DNA of 64,000 bases from Candidatus Omnitrophota bacterium (lineage in GTDB: Bacteria > Omnitrophota > Omnitrophia > Omnitrophales > Aquincolibacteriaceae): positions 12,210 to 76,209 of the forward strand of contig JAUYMS010000047.1 of assembly GCA_030698625.1 (NCBI GenBank), in the 5' to 3' direction. The position numbers were made by a program, and so were the translations under genes. A model generated the notes under the pieces. It made no database searches. It was given only the letters and a program-made list of their open reading frames with translations, and was not told the origin of the DNA. Below are positions 1-10,315 of this stretch, in pieces. How positions within the stretch are numbered: the stretch's first letter is position 1; each line of letters opens with the position of its first letter.

Positions 1-1501
1 CATCTAATTTATTAGAACGCTTCACAGCCGCCGGTCCACCGGCGCGAGACTCGTCTTCAGTTGGGGGCGCGGCCGCTTCTCTGCCGTCGATAATTCTCAA
101 GCGCTGTACCAAAGCCGCCAAGATCCAGAAATAGCCGGCCACTTCAAGATGATCCAGCCGTGAACCGAACATATTACTCATAAGAAGTCCGAACAAACCG
201 CCTAAATACCCTAACGCCACAGCCTTTGAAAATGGGTCCTTTGTGCGCGCGTACAACGAATACGCCATCCATATAGTGACTAATACAATCAGCAGGAAAT
301 TGAGCAGCGCCGGAATCCCCATTTCTGCGGCGATAATAATGTAGGAATTATGTGCGTCAATCGGGCGATTCTGTTCCCAGTAAGGTGAAATCCGGTAATA
401 AAAAAGTCCGTATCCGACACCCAGCATCGGGTACTCCGCGATCATTTTGACGGCCCCCTTCCAGACCTCTACGCGCGTCTTCGAACTCGTTTCCAACGAA
501 CCCTCCAACTCCTCGGCCGTTTCTATATAGCTCACATCTTTGTTGATCGTCTGCATCATGCGGTATCGAATACCCGCCGGCAAAATAATCGGGTTCAGAA
601 CTGCCAGGCCCGTGAGCCCCAGCAATACTATAAATAGAAACTTACTCCGAAACCAGGCGGCCGCATAAAGCCCAAGCGCAAAGGCCAGATAGCCCCCGCG
701 CGAAAACGTGACCATGATGCCGCGAAATTGGATCAGGAACGGCACCAGCAAAAGCCAGTACTTCGGCCGGTGCATATTCATCAGGAAGAACCCGAACGGC
801 AGGAACATGTAGTAGCAGAAAAACGCTGCCAGCGAATTCGAGTGCTCGGCAATACCGCCTACGCGCGATTTTTCAAGGGTCGATACTTCTCCGATCTCAA
901 TGTAATCGTAAATCGCCATAAGCCCCACAAGCGTGGTCACTATAATCATGATGCCGATAATATTACGTATCGTCTTTTTATCTTTAACCGTATTCAGCAC
1001 CAAGAAGTACAGGATCAACGGAGTAATCCACCGCTTATATTGGGTCAGAACATCCCAGTAATTAGCAGAACTATGCGTTACGCCGCGATAAACCGCCACT
1101 AACCCAAAGACCATAAACATAAAAATCAGGCCGTTCAGCGGACTGCTCAACCAGGGCGGCTCTCCTTCCGCATACTTGCCGGAAATCCATGCCACGATAA
1201 TAAAGATCATCAAGACGTTCGTCATATTGAGCGACTGGGCCGCGCCGCTGAAATCCCCGACCAAGATGCGGCTAAAAGGCAGGTACGCCACAAGCACATA
1301 CGTAATCACATGAGGCTTTGAAATGCCCTGCACGATCAATATGATGCCACCGATCAGCCCGGCACTGATCAAGACATAACTGGGCAGACTAACTTCCTTG
1401 AGCACGATATACGCAAAAATCGTTGCAATGATCCCCATCAAGAAATAAGTCTTGATGTTCTCTTTATCCGGAAAAATCTGAAGTGGTGCCGTTGTCGCCA
1501 T
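1..1501 (-). CDS. O-antigen ligase/Wzy-type polymerase family membrane protein (3' end runs off the window)
   Basis: Not in the ORF track; read by hand. ATG at 1501 overlaps the upstream TAA (TAATG) and the frame is still open at the left edge. Many hydrophobic segments, 'VTFSRGGYL' and 'DAHNSY' motifs of the Wzy_C family. Confidence 0.85.
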   Translation of the reverse strand, partial: MATTAPLQIFPDKENIKTYFLMGIIATIFAYIVLKEVSLPSYVLISAGLIGGIILIVQGISKPHVITYVLVAYLPFSRILVGDFSGAAQSLNMTNVLMIFIIVAWISGKYAEGEPPWLSSPLNGLIFMFMVFGLVAVYRGVTHSSANYWDVLTQYKRWITPLILYFLVLNTVKDKKTIRNIIGIMIIVTTLVGLMAIYDYIEIGEVSTLEKSRVGGIAEHSNSLAAFFCYYMFLPFGFFLMNMHRPKYWLLLVPFLIQFRGIMVTFSRGGYLAFALGLYAAAWFRSKFLFIVLLGLTGLAVLNPIILPAGIRYRMMQTINKDVSYIETAEELEGSLETSSKTRVEVWKGAVKMIAEYPMLGVGYGLFYYRISPYWEQNRPIDAHNSYIIIAAEMGIPALLNFLLIVLVTIWMAYSLYARTKDPFSKAVALGYLGGLFGLLMSNMFGSRLDHLEVAGYFWILAALVQRLRIIDGREAAAPPTEDESRAGGPAAVKRSNKLD

Positions 1502-2664
1502 TAAGCCCACTCCCTTTCACGCAAGTATTTGTAAATTTCGCGCGCGGCAAAGGCATGGCCGCGGGCGTTCCAGTGGCCGTCATGCTTAAAGCAAAACTTC
1601 TTGGTTCCACCGGATTCTTCAAAAAATGCGTCGAATGAATTAAAATACAACGCACCCGCATCACCGGCCGCTCTTTCAATAACGGTTGTTTTACCCGGGC
1701 GACGCCCCTCACCCGCCGTAGTCTCATAAACCATGAAATGCGCGCCTATTGATTCAGAATATTCCCGCATTTCCGTAATGAGCCGAGACGTAATGCTCAC
1801 CTCTTGGGCCTCGACGGCCGCGGGAACCGATGCTCGCCCTGTCCGATTAGCCACACCCATCGCGAGCCTCTGACGTATCCAAGAGAAGAATCGTGACTTT
1901 ACCAGCAAGCGCTTAACGAAGCTTCTGAGAGAAACCGCTTTATCCTCTAGCGGCCCCTGAAAGGCGCCGGTGTAGAATGCCTGTGCCTCGGGCGTCGCTA
2001 AGACCCACTCCGAATCCGGCGACACATCAGGCACCGGCACACCTTGCAAGACCAGCTCCCCCGTTTCTTCAGCCAAAAAGTAAGGTTTAGCCTTGCGGCC
2101 CCTTTGATGGATTGTAATGTTCTCAAGTGGGTCATTGAGAACCGCGACATAAATGATTACGTCAGGCGCATAGCGATACCCTTCCGTCATGAGGTAAAGA
2201 AGACTTTGATCCCCACCATAAGCCCGCGTACCAGCGTTGATAACCTCATATTTCCCTTGATTGGCCAGAAGCGCTTCAAGCTGCGTGTCGATAAGCGACT
2301 GCTTGTCAACTTCATAACCAACGGTCACGGAATCGCCTAGCAAAAGAATCCTTTTTGTCCCGGGCGCCTTGGCATAATCGTATTCCTCGTCTCGCAATCC
2401 GTGCGAGTTGATGTTAATGACATTGCGATATTTGTTCCGTTTGCTCGCAAAAAAACCGGTTGTGTTTGCACGTTTACGCCAACCGAGTAATGGGTCGGCT
2501 TCATGCAACATGCTCACATTATCCTTTTCGGAGTAAAGCAGCTCCAGATAGCCATCGTAGGAATAGAAGCAAATTTCAATAAACACAAAACACGCCACAA
2601 GCGCGCCGATGGCGACCAGCAGATTAAAATACAATGGGTTTTGTTTTTGTTTTGTTACCGCCAT
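1501..2664 (-). CDS. SGNH/GDSL hydrolase family protein (probable polysaccharide O-acetyltransferase/esterase)
   Basis: N-terminal TM anchor, LLLGDS block I, INAG block II, C-terminal DGHWN (DxH). Confidence 0.85.
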   Translation of the reverse strand: MAVTKQKQNPLYFNLLVAIGALVACFVFIEICFYSYDGYLELLYSEKDNVSMLHEADPLLGWRKRANTTGFFASKRNKYRNVININSHGLRDEEYDYAKAPGTKRILLLGDSVTVGYEVDKQSLIDTQLEALLANQGKYEVINAGTRAYGGDQSLLYLMTEGYRYAPDVIIYVAVLNDPLENITIHQRGRKAKPYFLAEETGELVLQGVPVPDVSPDSEWVLATPEAQAFYTGAFQGPLEDKAVSLRSFVKRLLVKSRFFSWIRQRLAMGVANRTGRASVPAAVEAQEVSITSRLITEMREYSESIGAHFMVYETTAGEGRRPGKTTVIERAAGDAGALYFNSFDAFFEESGGTKKFCFKHDGHWNARGHAFAAREIYKYLREREWA

Positions 2665-3815
2665 TACCGCTCACTCCCTGCTAAACTATTGTATATACCT
2701 GCCACGGCAGCTGCGTTGCGTTCCATATCGAATTCTGTCTGCGCGATCCGCCGGCCTGCCTCCGCCAATTGTTCGCTTAACCGTGAATCCTGTGCCACTC
2801 GACTCAAGGCATCCGCCAATTCGGCGGCATCACCCGGTGCCGTGAGAATGCCCGTCACCCCATCCTTAATCATTTCGGAGACACCCCCGCCTCGGGCCGC
2901 AATCACAGGTTTCCCTGCCATCATGGCCTCTAAGATCACCAGGCCGAACGGCTCCGGCGTGACCGAGGCATGAACAACGATATCTGAGGCCTCATACACC
3001 GGGCTCATGTCTTCCTGCCAGTCGCAAAACTTCACCTTACCCGCCAAACCTAAAGACGCGGCCTTTTCCACCAACGCCCGGAGGTATCTCTGATCCGGCT
3101 CAGGGTCTTTACCCATCAACACACCGACAAGGTCCGGATTTGTAACCACCGCCTTGGCCAAAGCTTCAATGAATATCTCCTGCCCTTTCCACGGCACTAA
3201 TCGGCCCGCCATCAGAGCCACGACACTATCCTTATCGATTTGCCAGAGTTCGCGTTGGCGCCCGCGCAGTTGTGCTCGGTTACTTACCGTATCTTGCCAA
3301 ACCAGGCCATTACGAATCGTCATAACAGGGCGCTTCAACTGTTCCTCAAAATAAGCCGATCCGGCCTTTGAGATGCACGCAAATTCGTCCACGAAACGCG
3401 CAAGAAAGCTCTCGGAACGCGTCATCTTCCGCCAGCCGTGCAGATGACACAGCACCCGGCAGCCGGCCAGTTTCGCGGCAATTAGGAGCGGGATATGCGT
3501 CAGGATCTCGTTATTAAGATGCACCACGCGTATCTCCCGCATCCCGAGCAACACCGAGATCTTCCTGACCATGTTCAGAAGTTTGAAACCCGCCACCACC
3601 CGGCTGCCCCTCCACACAAATCGCCACCCAGGGCGATACCAAACATCATTACCCTCCGAACGCAGCTTTCCAATAAACGGACCGTCACCATAAGCCGCAA
3701 CGCTTACGTGAAACCCGCGCTCTTTTAGAAGCGGCACGAGGCTTGCAAGGTACTTCGCAGTCCCGCCGTAGCCCGTGCCCGATTCGGCTATTAATATTCG
3801 CGTCATAGTTTTCAT
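2664..3815 (-). CDS. Glycosyltransferase family 4
   Basis: GT-B fold; GRLVPWKG and EPFGLVILEAM motifs. Confidence 0.9.
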   Translation of the reverse strand: MKTMTRILIAESGTGYGGTAKYLASLVPLLKERGFHVSVAAYGDGPFIGKLRSEGNDVWYRPGWRFVWRGSRVVAGFKLLNMVRKISVLLGMREIRVVHLNNEILTHIPLLIAAKLAGCRVLCHLHGWRKMTRSESFLARFVDEFACISKAGSAYFEEQLKRPVMTIRNGLVWQDTVSNRAQLRGRQRELWQIDKDSVVALMAGRLVPWKGQEIFIEALAKAVVTNPDLVGVLMGKDPEPDQRYLRALVEKAASLGLAGKVKFCDWQEDMSPVYEASDIVVHASVTPEPFGLVILEAMMAGKPVIAARGGGVSEMIKDGVTGILTAPGDAAELADALSRVAQDSRLSEQLAEAGRRIAQTEFDMERNAAAVAGIYNSLAGSER

Positions 3816-3817
3816 TC

Positions 3818-5785
3818 TTACTTTATCACCGCCAGCGGAGCGGGCTTCGGCTTGTTGTAGTAGTGCCTGTTCTTCAAACCGACCATCCGCCTCACTTTAT
3901 TGATAGCGCGAGGCATGAAATAGGTGCTCTTCACCCTTGCCCGGTGCTCCCGCGCAAAAAACGCGCGCCTCATCACAGACTCTTCGTCCAAATTCCATTT
4001 CTCACACAACAGCTCGTGTGACTTTGACACCTTGTCGAGATCCCAGCGAAAGAGCATGTAGCCCCGATCCGCTCCGCGGAACTTAAAGATGCGTTCATAG
4101 TTGTAAGCAACAACCGATTTCGGCTCGAGCATAATACGAAACCCCGCTTCGGTGATGCGCAGCGAGTAATCCATGTGCTCGGCAATGTTCAGATCACGCA
4201 GCGGCCCCACCTTCTCCATTAACTTCTTAGAGAGAAGAACCGTATGCCACTCGAAGAAATCACTTGGCTTACGGTTTTGGTCCGGGTAGTCCTTAAGCTC
4301 CACGCCGGAGTAAGTGGGGATTGTATCCATGAGCCACTTGTCCCCGCGCTTCTCCTTATAGATCTTGCCCTCGGCGATATGGATCTTCCGGCTGGGGTCA
4401 CTCAGCTCCACCGTCAAATAGATGGGGTGAACACAATCCACCTTCTCTTCTTCAGCGCACGCGACGAGGTTTTCAAGCCACCCTTCCAGCACCTCGACAT
4501 CATTGTCGATAAAACAGGCGTACTTCGTATCGATCATGGGAATCGCCTGGTTCACGAACTGATGCGGGAACTGCCAGCGGTCCGAGTACACAATTTCGAC
4601 ATTGCTGTGCTTTCCGGCGATCTTCTCCAGCCCGGCAAGCCTGTCCTTCGGGCAATGCCCTTCCATAATGATCATCTTGAACGGGATCGTGGTCACATCG
4701 ATCATGCGCTGCACGACTTCCCCGAACGCATTAAAACTCTCCCGCGGCACGACGACCACGGTCACAATCGGCGCCTTCTTTTCTACAGACTTCATTTTAG
4801 ATTCCTCCTGAATTTTGTTTTGAGTAAACACGCACCAGTTCTTCCCGAAGCCAAAGGGAAGCCAGTGAATGAAAGTCTCTTTAACCATTGCGGCATAATG
4901 CCCGAGCCACATCTCTGAAGCAAAACGATTCGCCTCCGTCTCATGGATATTTAAATGGGCCCGATGAAACCGAATGAATGAAAACAACAGTCTCTTCCAC
5001 ACCCAAACCGGCGCAATCGTTACGCAGCGCTGCCTGCCGGCGGCCAATTCGTGCCCGAGGGTTATCCCCACATCGCGAAACCAACGTCTCATGTACTCTT
5101 TAGTAAGGCGATCCTTTTCTACTATGTGCATAACGAGCGAGGCGGGCTCATAATAAATGGCGCCGCTCTTCGCAAGGACGCGCTGATAAAACTCCCGGTC
5201 TTCTCCGCCAATCAGAGAGTCCCCGCGGCGGCCCAGATCCACATTGAAATCACCATAGAGCTCGAAGGCCTTCTTGCGAACCGCAAGAGCCGCAGTAACC
5301 AGATGCCTTCGGGGCGAGTCACACCGCATACGCGCCTGCCCGAAGTTTTGATTGATCAAGCACCCCCCCAGATCTTCCGAGTACCATTCGGGCACTTCGC
5401 AGCGCCATAACCGGTCAATCTTGCCGCCGACAACGTCTGCATCGGTCTCCTCAAAACAGCGCCGATACCCTGCCAGCCAGCCCTCCGTTACAATAACATC
5501 ATCATCCAGCGACACGACAATACTGCCCTCAGCCGCTCGAATACCCGCATTGCGCGCATGTGCGACGCCCTGCCGCGCTTCGAAAACATATCGTATCGCG
5601 GGCCCCGTCGCCTTTTGAAAGGACTCGACAACAACCCTTGTATGATCCTTCGAGTTGTTGTCGACGACCACAACGTCGCAGACCAGCTCATCAAAACCCG
5701 AGTCCGCTACGATAGAGGCCAGACATTCCCGCAGGCTCTCCGCACGGTTATAGGTGCATACCACAATGCTAAACTCTCGCTTCAT
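3818..5785 (-). CDS. Tandem GT2-GT2 glycosyltransferase (possibly two fused genes)
   Basis: SIVVCTYNRA...VVDNNS...LDDD in domain 1; VTVVVVPRE...FIDND in domain 2. Confidence 0.85.
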   Translation of the reverse strand: MKREFSIVVCTYNRAESLRECLASIVADSGFDELVCDVVVVDNNSKDHTRVVVESFQKATGPAIRYVFEARQGVAHARNAGIRAAEGSIVVSLDDDVIVTEGWLAGYRRCFEETDADVVGGKIDRLWRCEVPEWYSEDLGGCLINQNFGQARMRCDSPRRHLVTAALAVRKKAFELYGDFNVDLGRRGDSLIGGEDREFYQRVLAKSGAIYYEPASLVMHIVEKDRLTKEYMRRWFRDVGITLGHELAAGRQRCVTIAPVWVWKRLLFSFIRFHRAHLNIHETEANRFASEMWLGHYAAMVKETFIHWLPFGFGKNWCVFTQNKIQEESKMKSVEKKAPIVTVVVVPRESFNAFGEVVQRMIDVTTIPFKMIIMEGHCPKDRLAGLEKIAGKHSNVEIVYSDRWQFPHQFVNQAIPMIDTKYACFIDNDVEVLEGWLENLVACAEEEKVDCVHPIYLTVELSDPSRKIHIAEGKIYKEKRGDKWLMDTIPTYSGVELKDYPDQNRKPSDFFEWHTVLLSKKLMEKVGPLRDLNIAEHMDYSLRITEAGFRIMLEPKSVVAYNYERIFKFRGADRGYMLFRWDLDKVSKSHELLCEKWNLDEESVMRRAFFAREHRARVKSTYFMPRAINKVRRMVGLKNRHYYNKPKPAPLAVIK

Positions 5786-8036
5786 TGCCCCTCCCCACCC
5801 ATGAACTTTTGTCCAGACACAATTTGATCAGGAATTCGGGAAGAAACGAACCGGCATAATACCCGGCCACACGCGGCTGCCATCGTTTAAAACGGAGTGA
5901 AAGCTTCGCCAACGCACGGCTCTTCCGGAAGTGACCGGCTCTCAGATAGTGCCACGCTGCCATGCGCGAATTCTCCGCAATATGCGACTTCAACAGCCTC
6001 CTGCTGCGGCCCTTAACGTGACGATAATTGCGCGCCAGCGCAATCGCATCGTTCTCCCGCCTCGCATACGCCCGATCTTCCAAAGACCCCATAATGCTGT
6101 TCCCCTGGATCGTATACTCGAACAACGGCTTATCCACCAGCGCAAACAGAGTCTGTTGCGCCGATCGCAGCCAAAGGTCGTAGCCCTCACAGCCGTGCAA
6201 GTCAGAGGCATACCCCCCAACCCGCTCAAAAAGGTCCTTGCGCATCATCGCCGAAGACAATGTCACCACGTTCGCACGCAGCAGCACCGTGTCAATCGGC
6301 CCTCCCGACACATCGCTCAGCCCATAGCGTTCAGCGTCAATCCACTTCCGGAACTCAGGCACATTTCGCTGAAGAACCGTAGGCCGAAAGACCTGCCCGC
6401 CGCATACTGCTATGCCGTCCGTAAACACAACACCGACTTCAGGGTGTTCCTCGAGAACAGCGCCTTGCTCGGCCAGCTTCGCCGGCCGCCACGCATCATC
6501 ATCATCCAGAAACGCGATATACTCGCCCGCGGCTATACTTACGCCATGGTTACGCTTGACGGACACAAGGCACTTGAGCGGCAGGCGACAATATTTGATG
6601 CGGGGATCTCGCGCGGAAAGTTCCTGCACGTACTCTTTTGTCCCGTCATCCGAAAGATCATCGACAACAATCAACTCCCAATTCTTCACCGACTGTTTTT
6701 CAACGCTGGCAATCGCGCGCTTCAGGCTGCTCAACCTGTTAAGGGTCGGCATAATGACGCTGTACTTCGGCATGCCTTCGCTGCCCCCAGCGCCCGGCTC
6801 TTGCATGCCATCAAATGTATCCAGCACATTTTCCAGCACACGCTCCGCAATCCCCTGCGAATAATTCCCCTTCACCAGCGCAAAAGCCTTTTCGGCCATA
6901 TCCTGACGCCTGTTTTGATTCGTCAGTAAATCCACACAGCATGCCGCAAAGTCATCGGCGGCGTCCGCTAGCCTTATATCCACCTTATCGCTAACGGCGA
7001 TACCTTCCGCGCCAACCGTTGTTGACACAACCGGCCTTCCGTAAGCCATAGCTTCAAGAATCTTGATGCGGGTTCCGGCACCATTCAGCAAGGGAACGAC
7101 TGTTATGCTTGCCCGCTCATAATACGGCTGCGTGCTGGGCACAAACCCGACGATCTCGACCCCAGGCCTCTCGTTCAGCTTCAATAATCGGGCCGCAGGG
7201 TCTTTACCGATGACGGTAAATACGGCGCCCGGTACACGCTCACGAATGAGCGGAAATATCTTTTCACAAAAGAAAAAGACCGCTTCCTCATTATGAGGAA
7301 AACTAAGCAGGCCGCAAAAAAGGATCTCCGGTGAATTGCCGCCTGCCTTGGCGGCCGGACACGTAGCCGATGCAATCTCAATTGTGTTTGGTAGAACATA
7401 AGCTTTTGAAGCGTAGCCCCTCGACTCCAGATAGCGTGCGTCATCCGCTGAAGCCGCAAGCACCGCCCGACTCGCTTTCAGCTTCTTGTAATACGTTTTG
7501 AGAAAGTAAAGCTCCAGCCAATGACGAAATTTTCGATAACTGTACGGCATAGCACGCATGCGCCTTTGTTCCACATTGATTGCGATATCATCCACATCTA
7601 TGATTGTCCGGGGCAGCAATTGCCTCAGACTCTTATTCACGAACAAGTAATACGCCATAATCGGATACCGCACAAACACGGCGTCAACCCCTTCAGCGGC
7701 CGCTTCAACCAAAGCCTGTCTTAATTCATCAGAAATAAAGTCCTGCACATTCCACGGCTTCATCGCAAGCACATTCCACAGCCGCTCATAAAACGGCGCC
7801 GGCCTGCCGTGATATGATTCCGGCGGAAACTTGTTAGCAGAAATCACGACCACCTTATCGCAATACCGTTGCAACGCCTGGACATTGGCATGCACCTGAT
7901 CTTCCGCAAACTTGGATCGGCAAATCAGCGTGACCTTTCCCTTTTTGGCGAGACTCTTCAATATGGTCAACGACCGCATATTCCCGCCGCTATTCGGCGG
8001 ATAGGGCAAAGCATTGCATATGTAAAGAATTCTCAT
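5769..8036 (-). CDS. GT4-GT2 fusion glycosyltransferase
   Basis: N-terminal GT4 (PYPPNSGG; GTRIKILEAMAYG), Gly-rich linker, C-terminal GT2 (SVIMPTLNR, VDDLS, FLDDDD). Confidence 0.9.
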   Translation of the reverse strand: MRILYICNALPYPPNSGGNMRSLTILKSLAKKGKVTLICRSKFAEDQVHANVQALQRYCDKVVVISANKFPPESYHGRPAPFYERLWNVLAMKPWNVQDFISDELRQALVEAAAEGVDAVFVRYPIMAYYLFVNKSLRQLLPRTIIDVDDIAINVEQRRMRAMPYSYRKFRHWLELYFLKTYYKKLKASRAVLAASADDARYLESRGYASKAYVLPNTIEIASATCPAAKAGGNSPEILFCGLLSFPHNEEAVFFFCEKIFPLIRERVPGAVFTVIGKDPAARLLKLNERPGVEIVGFVPSTQPYYERASITVVPLLNGAGTRIKILEAMAYGRPVVSTTVGAEGIAVSDKVDIRLADAADDFAACCVDLLTNQNRRQDMAEKAFALVKGNYSQGIAERVLENVLDTFDGMQEPGAGGSEGMPKYSVIMPTLNRLSSLKRAIASVEKQSVKNWELIVVDDLSDDGTKEYVQELSARDPRIKYCRLPLKCLVSVKRNHGVSIAAGEYIAFLDDDDAWRPAKLAEQGAVLEEHPEVGVVFTDGIAVCGGQVFRPTVLQRNVPEFRKWIDAERYGLSDVSGGPIDTVLLRANVVTLSSAMMRKDLFERVGGYASDLHGCEGYDLWLRSAQQTLFALVDKPLFEYTIQGNSIMGSLEDRAYARRENDAIALARNYRHVKGRSRRLLKSHIAENSRMAAWHYLRAGHFRKSRALAKLSLRFKRWQPRVAGYYAGSFLPEFLIKLCLDKSSWVGRGNEARV

Positions 8037-9070
8037 GGGCTCGTCCTGCTTCCCTTCCTTTCCACTGGGCGTAAATTTGTGCGCTGGCCTAAGAAGCCGC
8101 GGACAGTATCCTCCAGCCTTGCTACGATTCGACCGGTCTGATGCCAGAAATAAAGCTCTGACTCCACGCCCTCTACCCTACGCCCCTTTAAATAATGTCG
8201 AACCACATTGCATGCTGTAATAAACCATTGCCTGTAATACCAAGGGGGCAGTTTTCTAGCCGCGGCAGGCTGTGACACATACTCCGATCGCCCGCCCTCA
8301 AACCGCCGCCGACGCATGTACGGAAGTCTCAGGCGCTCTGCAGCTACACGGTGATAAACCACTGATTCGGGCAGCCAGACGACCTTTTTCCCGAGCGACA
8401 AGATACGCCCTAACATTTCAGTTTCCTCTCCGCCTGCCAACTTGCTGCCCATGCGCCCTAAGTCAGTCCTGAAGAGCCCCACCTCCGCGAATAATTTACG
8501 ACGGAATGCCATATTTGCACCGTAGACAAAGTTCTCATGGCGGCCGGCGACGTCACGGATTAAGGGCAAATCGCCATGATCAAGTACCGCAAAAAGACCC
8601 TCACAATGGCGCTCCAACCGGGGGGCAGAAAGCCATGACGGTTTTTCTTCTTCCCAAAGCGGCAACACCTTACCACCCACGCAATCGGCCTCATGCGTAC
8701 TAAACCCCGCTACTGTTTTCGATACCCAGTCCATCTTCGGCATCACGTCATCATCCGTAAAAATTAGCAGCTCACCCATAGCGCTTTGAATGCCGGCGTT
8801 TCGCGCATAGCTAAGGCCCTGCCGCCCTTCAAATACGTATTGCATGGAAAAAGGCATATTCTTTTCTGCGCCTTCAAAGACCGCTTTCGTGCCGTCTGAG
8901 CTGTTGTTGTCGACGACAATTACGTCGAGGGCGTCGTTGTCGCCAACAATCTGCTCTGAGATTGCTTTTAAAGTAAACTGCAGGCTAGCAGCCCGGTTAT
9001 AAGTGCATATGATTACTGTTACCTTACGCATGCGACACCTCATCGGGCCACCCCACACCAGCCGGTTCAC
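8033..9070 (-). CDS. Glycosyltransferase family 2
   Basis: VIICTYNRA, VVDNNSSD, FTDDD, GANMAFRR. True start may be the downstream MRKVTV. Confidence 0.9.
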   Translation of the reverse strand: MNRLVWGGPMRCRMRKVTVIICTYNRAASLQFTLKAISEQIVGDNDALDVIVVDNNSSDGTKAVFEGAEKNMPFSMQYVFEGRQGLSYARNAGIQSAMGELLIFTDDDVMPKMDWVSKTVAGFSTHEADCVGGKVLPLWEEEKPSWLSAPRLERHCEGLFAVLDHGDLPLIRDVAGRHENFVYGANMAFRRKLFAEVGLFRTDLGRMGSKLAGGEETEMLGRILSLGKKVVWLPESVVYHRVAAERLRLPYMRRRRFEGGRSEYVSQPAAARKLPPWYYRQWFITACNVVRHYLKGRRVEGVESELYFWHQTGRIVARLEDTVRGFLGQRTNLRPVERKGSRTSP

Positions 9071-10212
9071 TCATTTTTATTTGTAAGCCCTTTCGCAGAC
9101 ATACCATTACGAAGCTGACCCGTCTGCGACGCCAACAAGCCCTTAGCCATATCACGAGCCTCTTCAACCGTGTCGGCCCATAAGCTGATAGACGATTCAG
9201 TTCGCCACGTCTCGCGGAAATTCTTCAGCTTCCCATATTTATCACCAAGGCATACGTGCGGGATACTCATCAGCAAGCAGAGAATATGGCCATGCAATCT
9301 GTCCGTAATAACAACTTTCCCACGCGATAACATCGCGCAACCTCTGCGCAACCGCATACGCGCCATTCTTTCAGACTGGGTCGCATTAAGTCGCCACAAT
9401 CCCGCTAACCTGTTCGGCGCCCATGAAATGGCCCCACTTAAGAACTTAAGCGAAGTCTTCGTCGCAGATGGCGGCTCCGCGAGCCAATCCATGCACTCAA
9501 CCGTCACGCCGCCCATTGATGCCATCCTCACCCGATTACTTGCCTGCAGCATTCCACTTTCCAAGTCACTTCTACGCAGCCAAAGGGTGTCGCATGTATG
9601 CTGACCGAGCCTTTCCAAAGGGCCCAAAGCAAATGCCATATCAGGACACAGGATAACGCGCGCCCGAAATTCAGCCCGTGCAACGGCTGCGCTATGTCCA
9701 TCCCTTGCCAATATAATCACGTTCTCATGTCTATTAATTATTCTACGCGCGCGAGCAAGACTTTTATCGCTATTGAACTGGATCGACTGCGGCATCTGTA
9801 TAATCCGCCTGTCCGGGAAATCACTGATAATCCTTTCGCGAAACGCTTGATGCATCGGCCATAAGTCACCAAAATTACCCCCGCCATGGATTAACACATC
9901 CCCTTCAGGCAAGCACTTTTCAAGCACTGGCTTCGAATAGGATACTAAATCGCACACGTACGCCACTTTAACCCTACTCTGCAGGGCACTTTTCTCGCCC
10001 ATCCAAATTGCGCTATCTCCGCAGTTACTGTGCCCAGGAAAATCCACCAAGGCAACTTCCGTCGACAGCCTAAGCCGCCCAAGGCCGTCGCAAATCGCCG
10101 CGCCAAGCCGGCCCATCATGCAAACACCGGACGATCGCATAGCTGTCGATTCCGCAGCGACATCGCTAACCAGCCCTTTCATTTCCACATTGCCTATATC
10201 GCTCGTCATCAT
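9067..10212 (-). CDS. Polysaccharide pyruvyl transferase
   Basis: NCGDSAI, HGGGNFGDLW, PQSI, CPDMAF, ITDRLHGHI motifs. Confidence 0.9.
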   Translation of the reverse strand: MMTSDIGNVEMKGLVSDVAAESTAMRSSGVCMMGRLGAAICDGLGRLRLSTEVALVDFPGHSNCGDSAIWMGEKSALQSRVKVAYVCDLVSYSKPVLEKCLPEGDVLIHGGGNFGDLWPMHQAFRERIISDFPDRRIIQMPQSIQFNSDKSLARARRIINRHENVIILARDGHSAAVARAEFRARVILCPDMAFALGPLERLGQHTCDTLWLRRSDLESGMLQASNRVRMASMGGVTVECMDWLAEPPSATKTSLKFLSGAISWAPNRLAGLWRLNATQSERMARMRLRRGCAMLSRGKVVITDRLHGHILCLLMSIPHVCLGDKYGKLKNFRETWRTESSISLWADTVEEARDMAKGLLASQTGQLRNGMSAKGLTNKNE

Positions 10213-10315
10213 CTACGCAAAACAACCTTCCGTTTGATGAATTGCACGGCTCGTCGTGGCCAACCCCAGATGCCCCGCGCATACAGGCCAGCCAAACAAT
10301 CCTCTAGCGCCTCAA

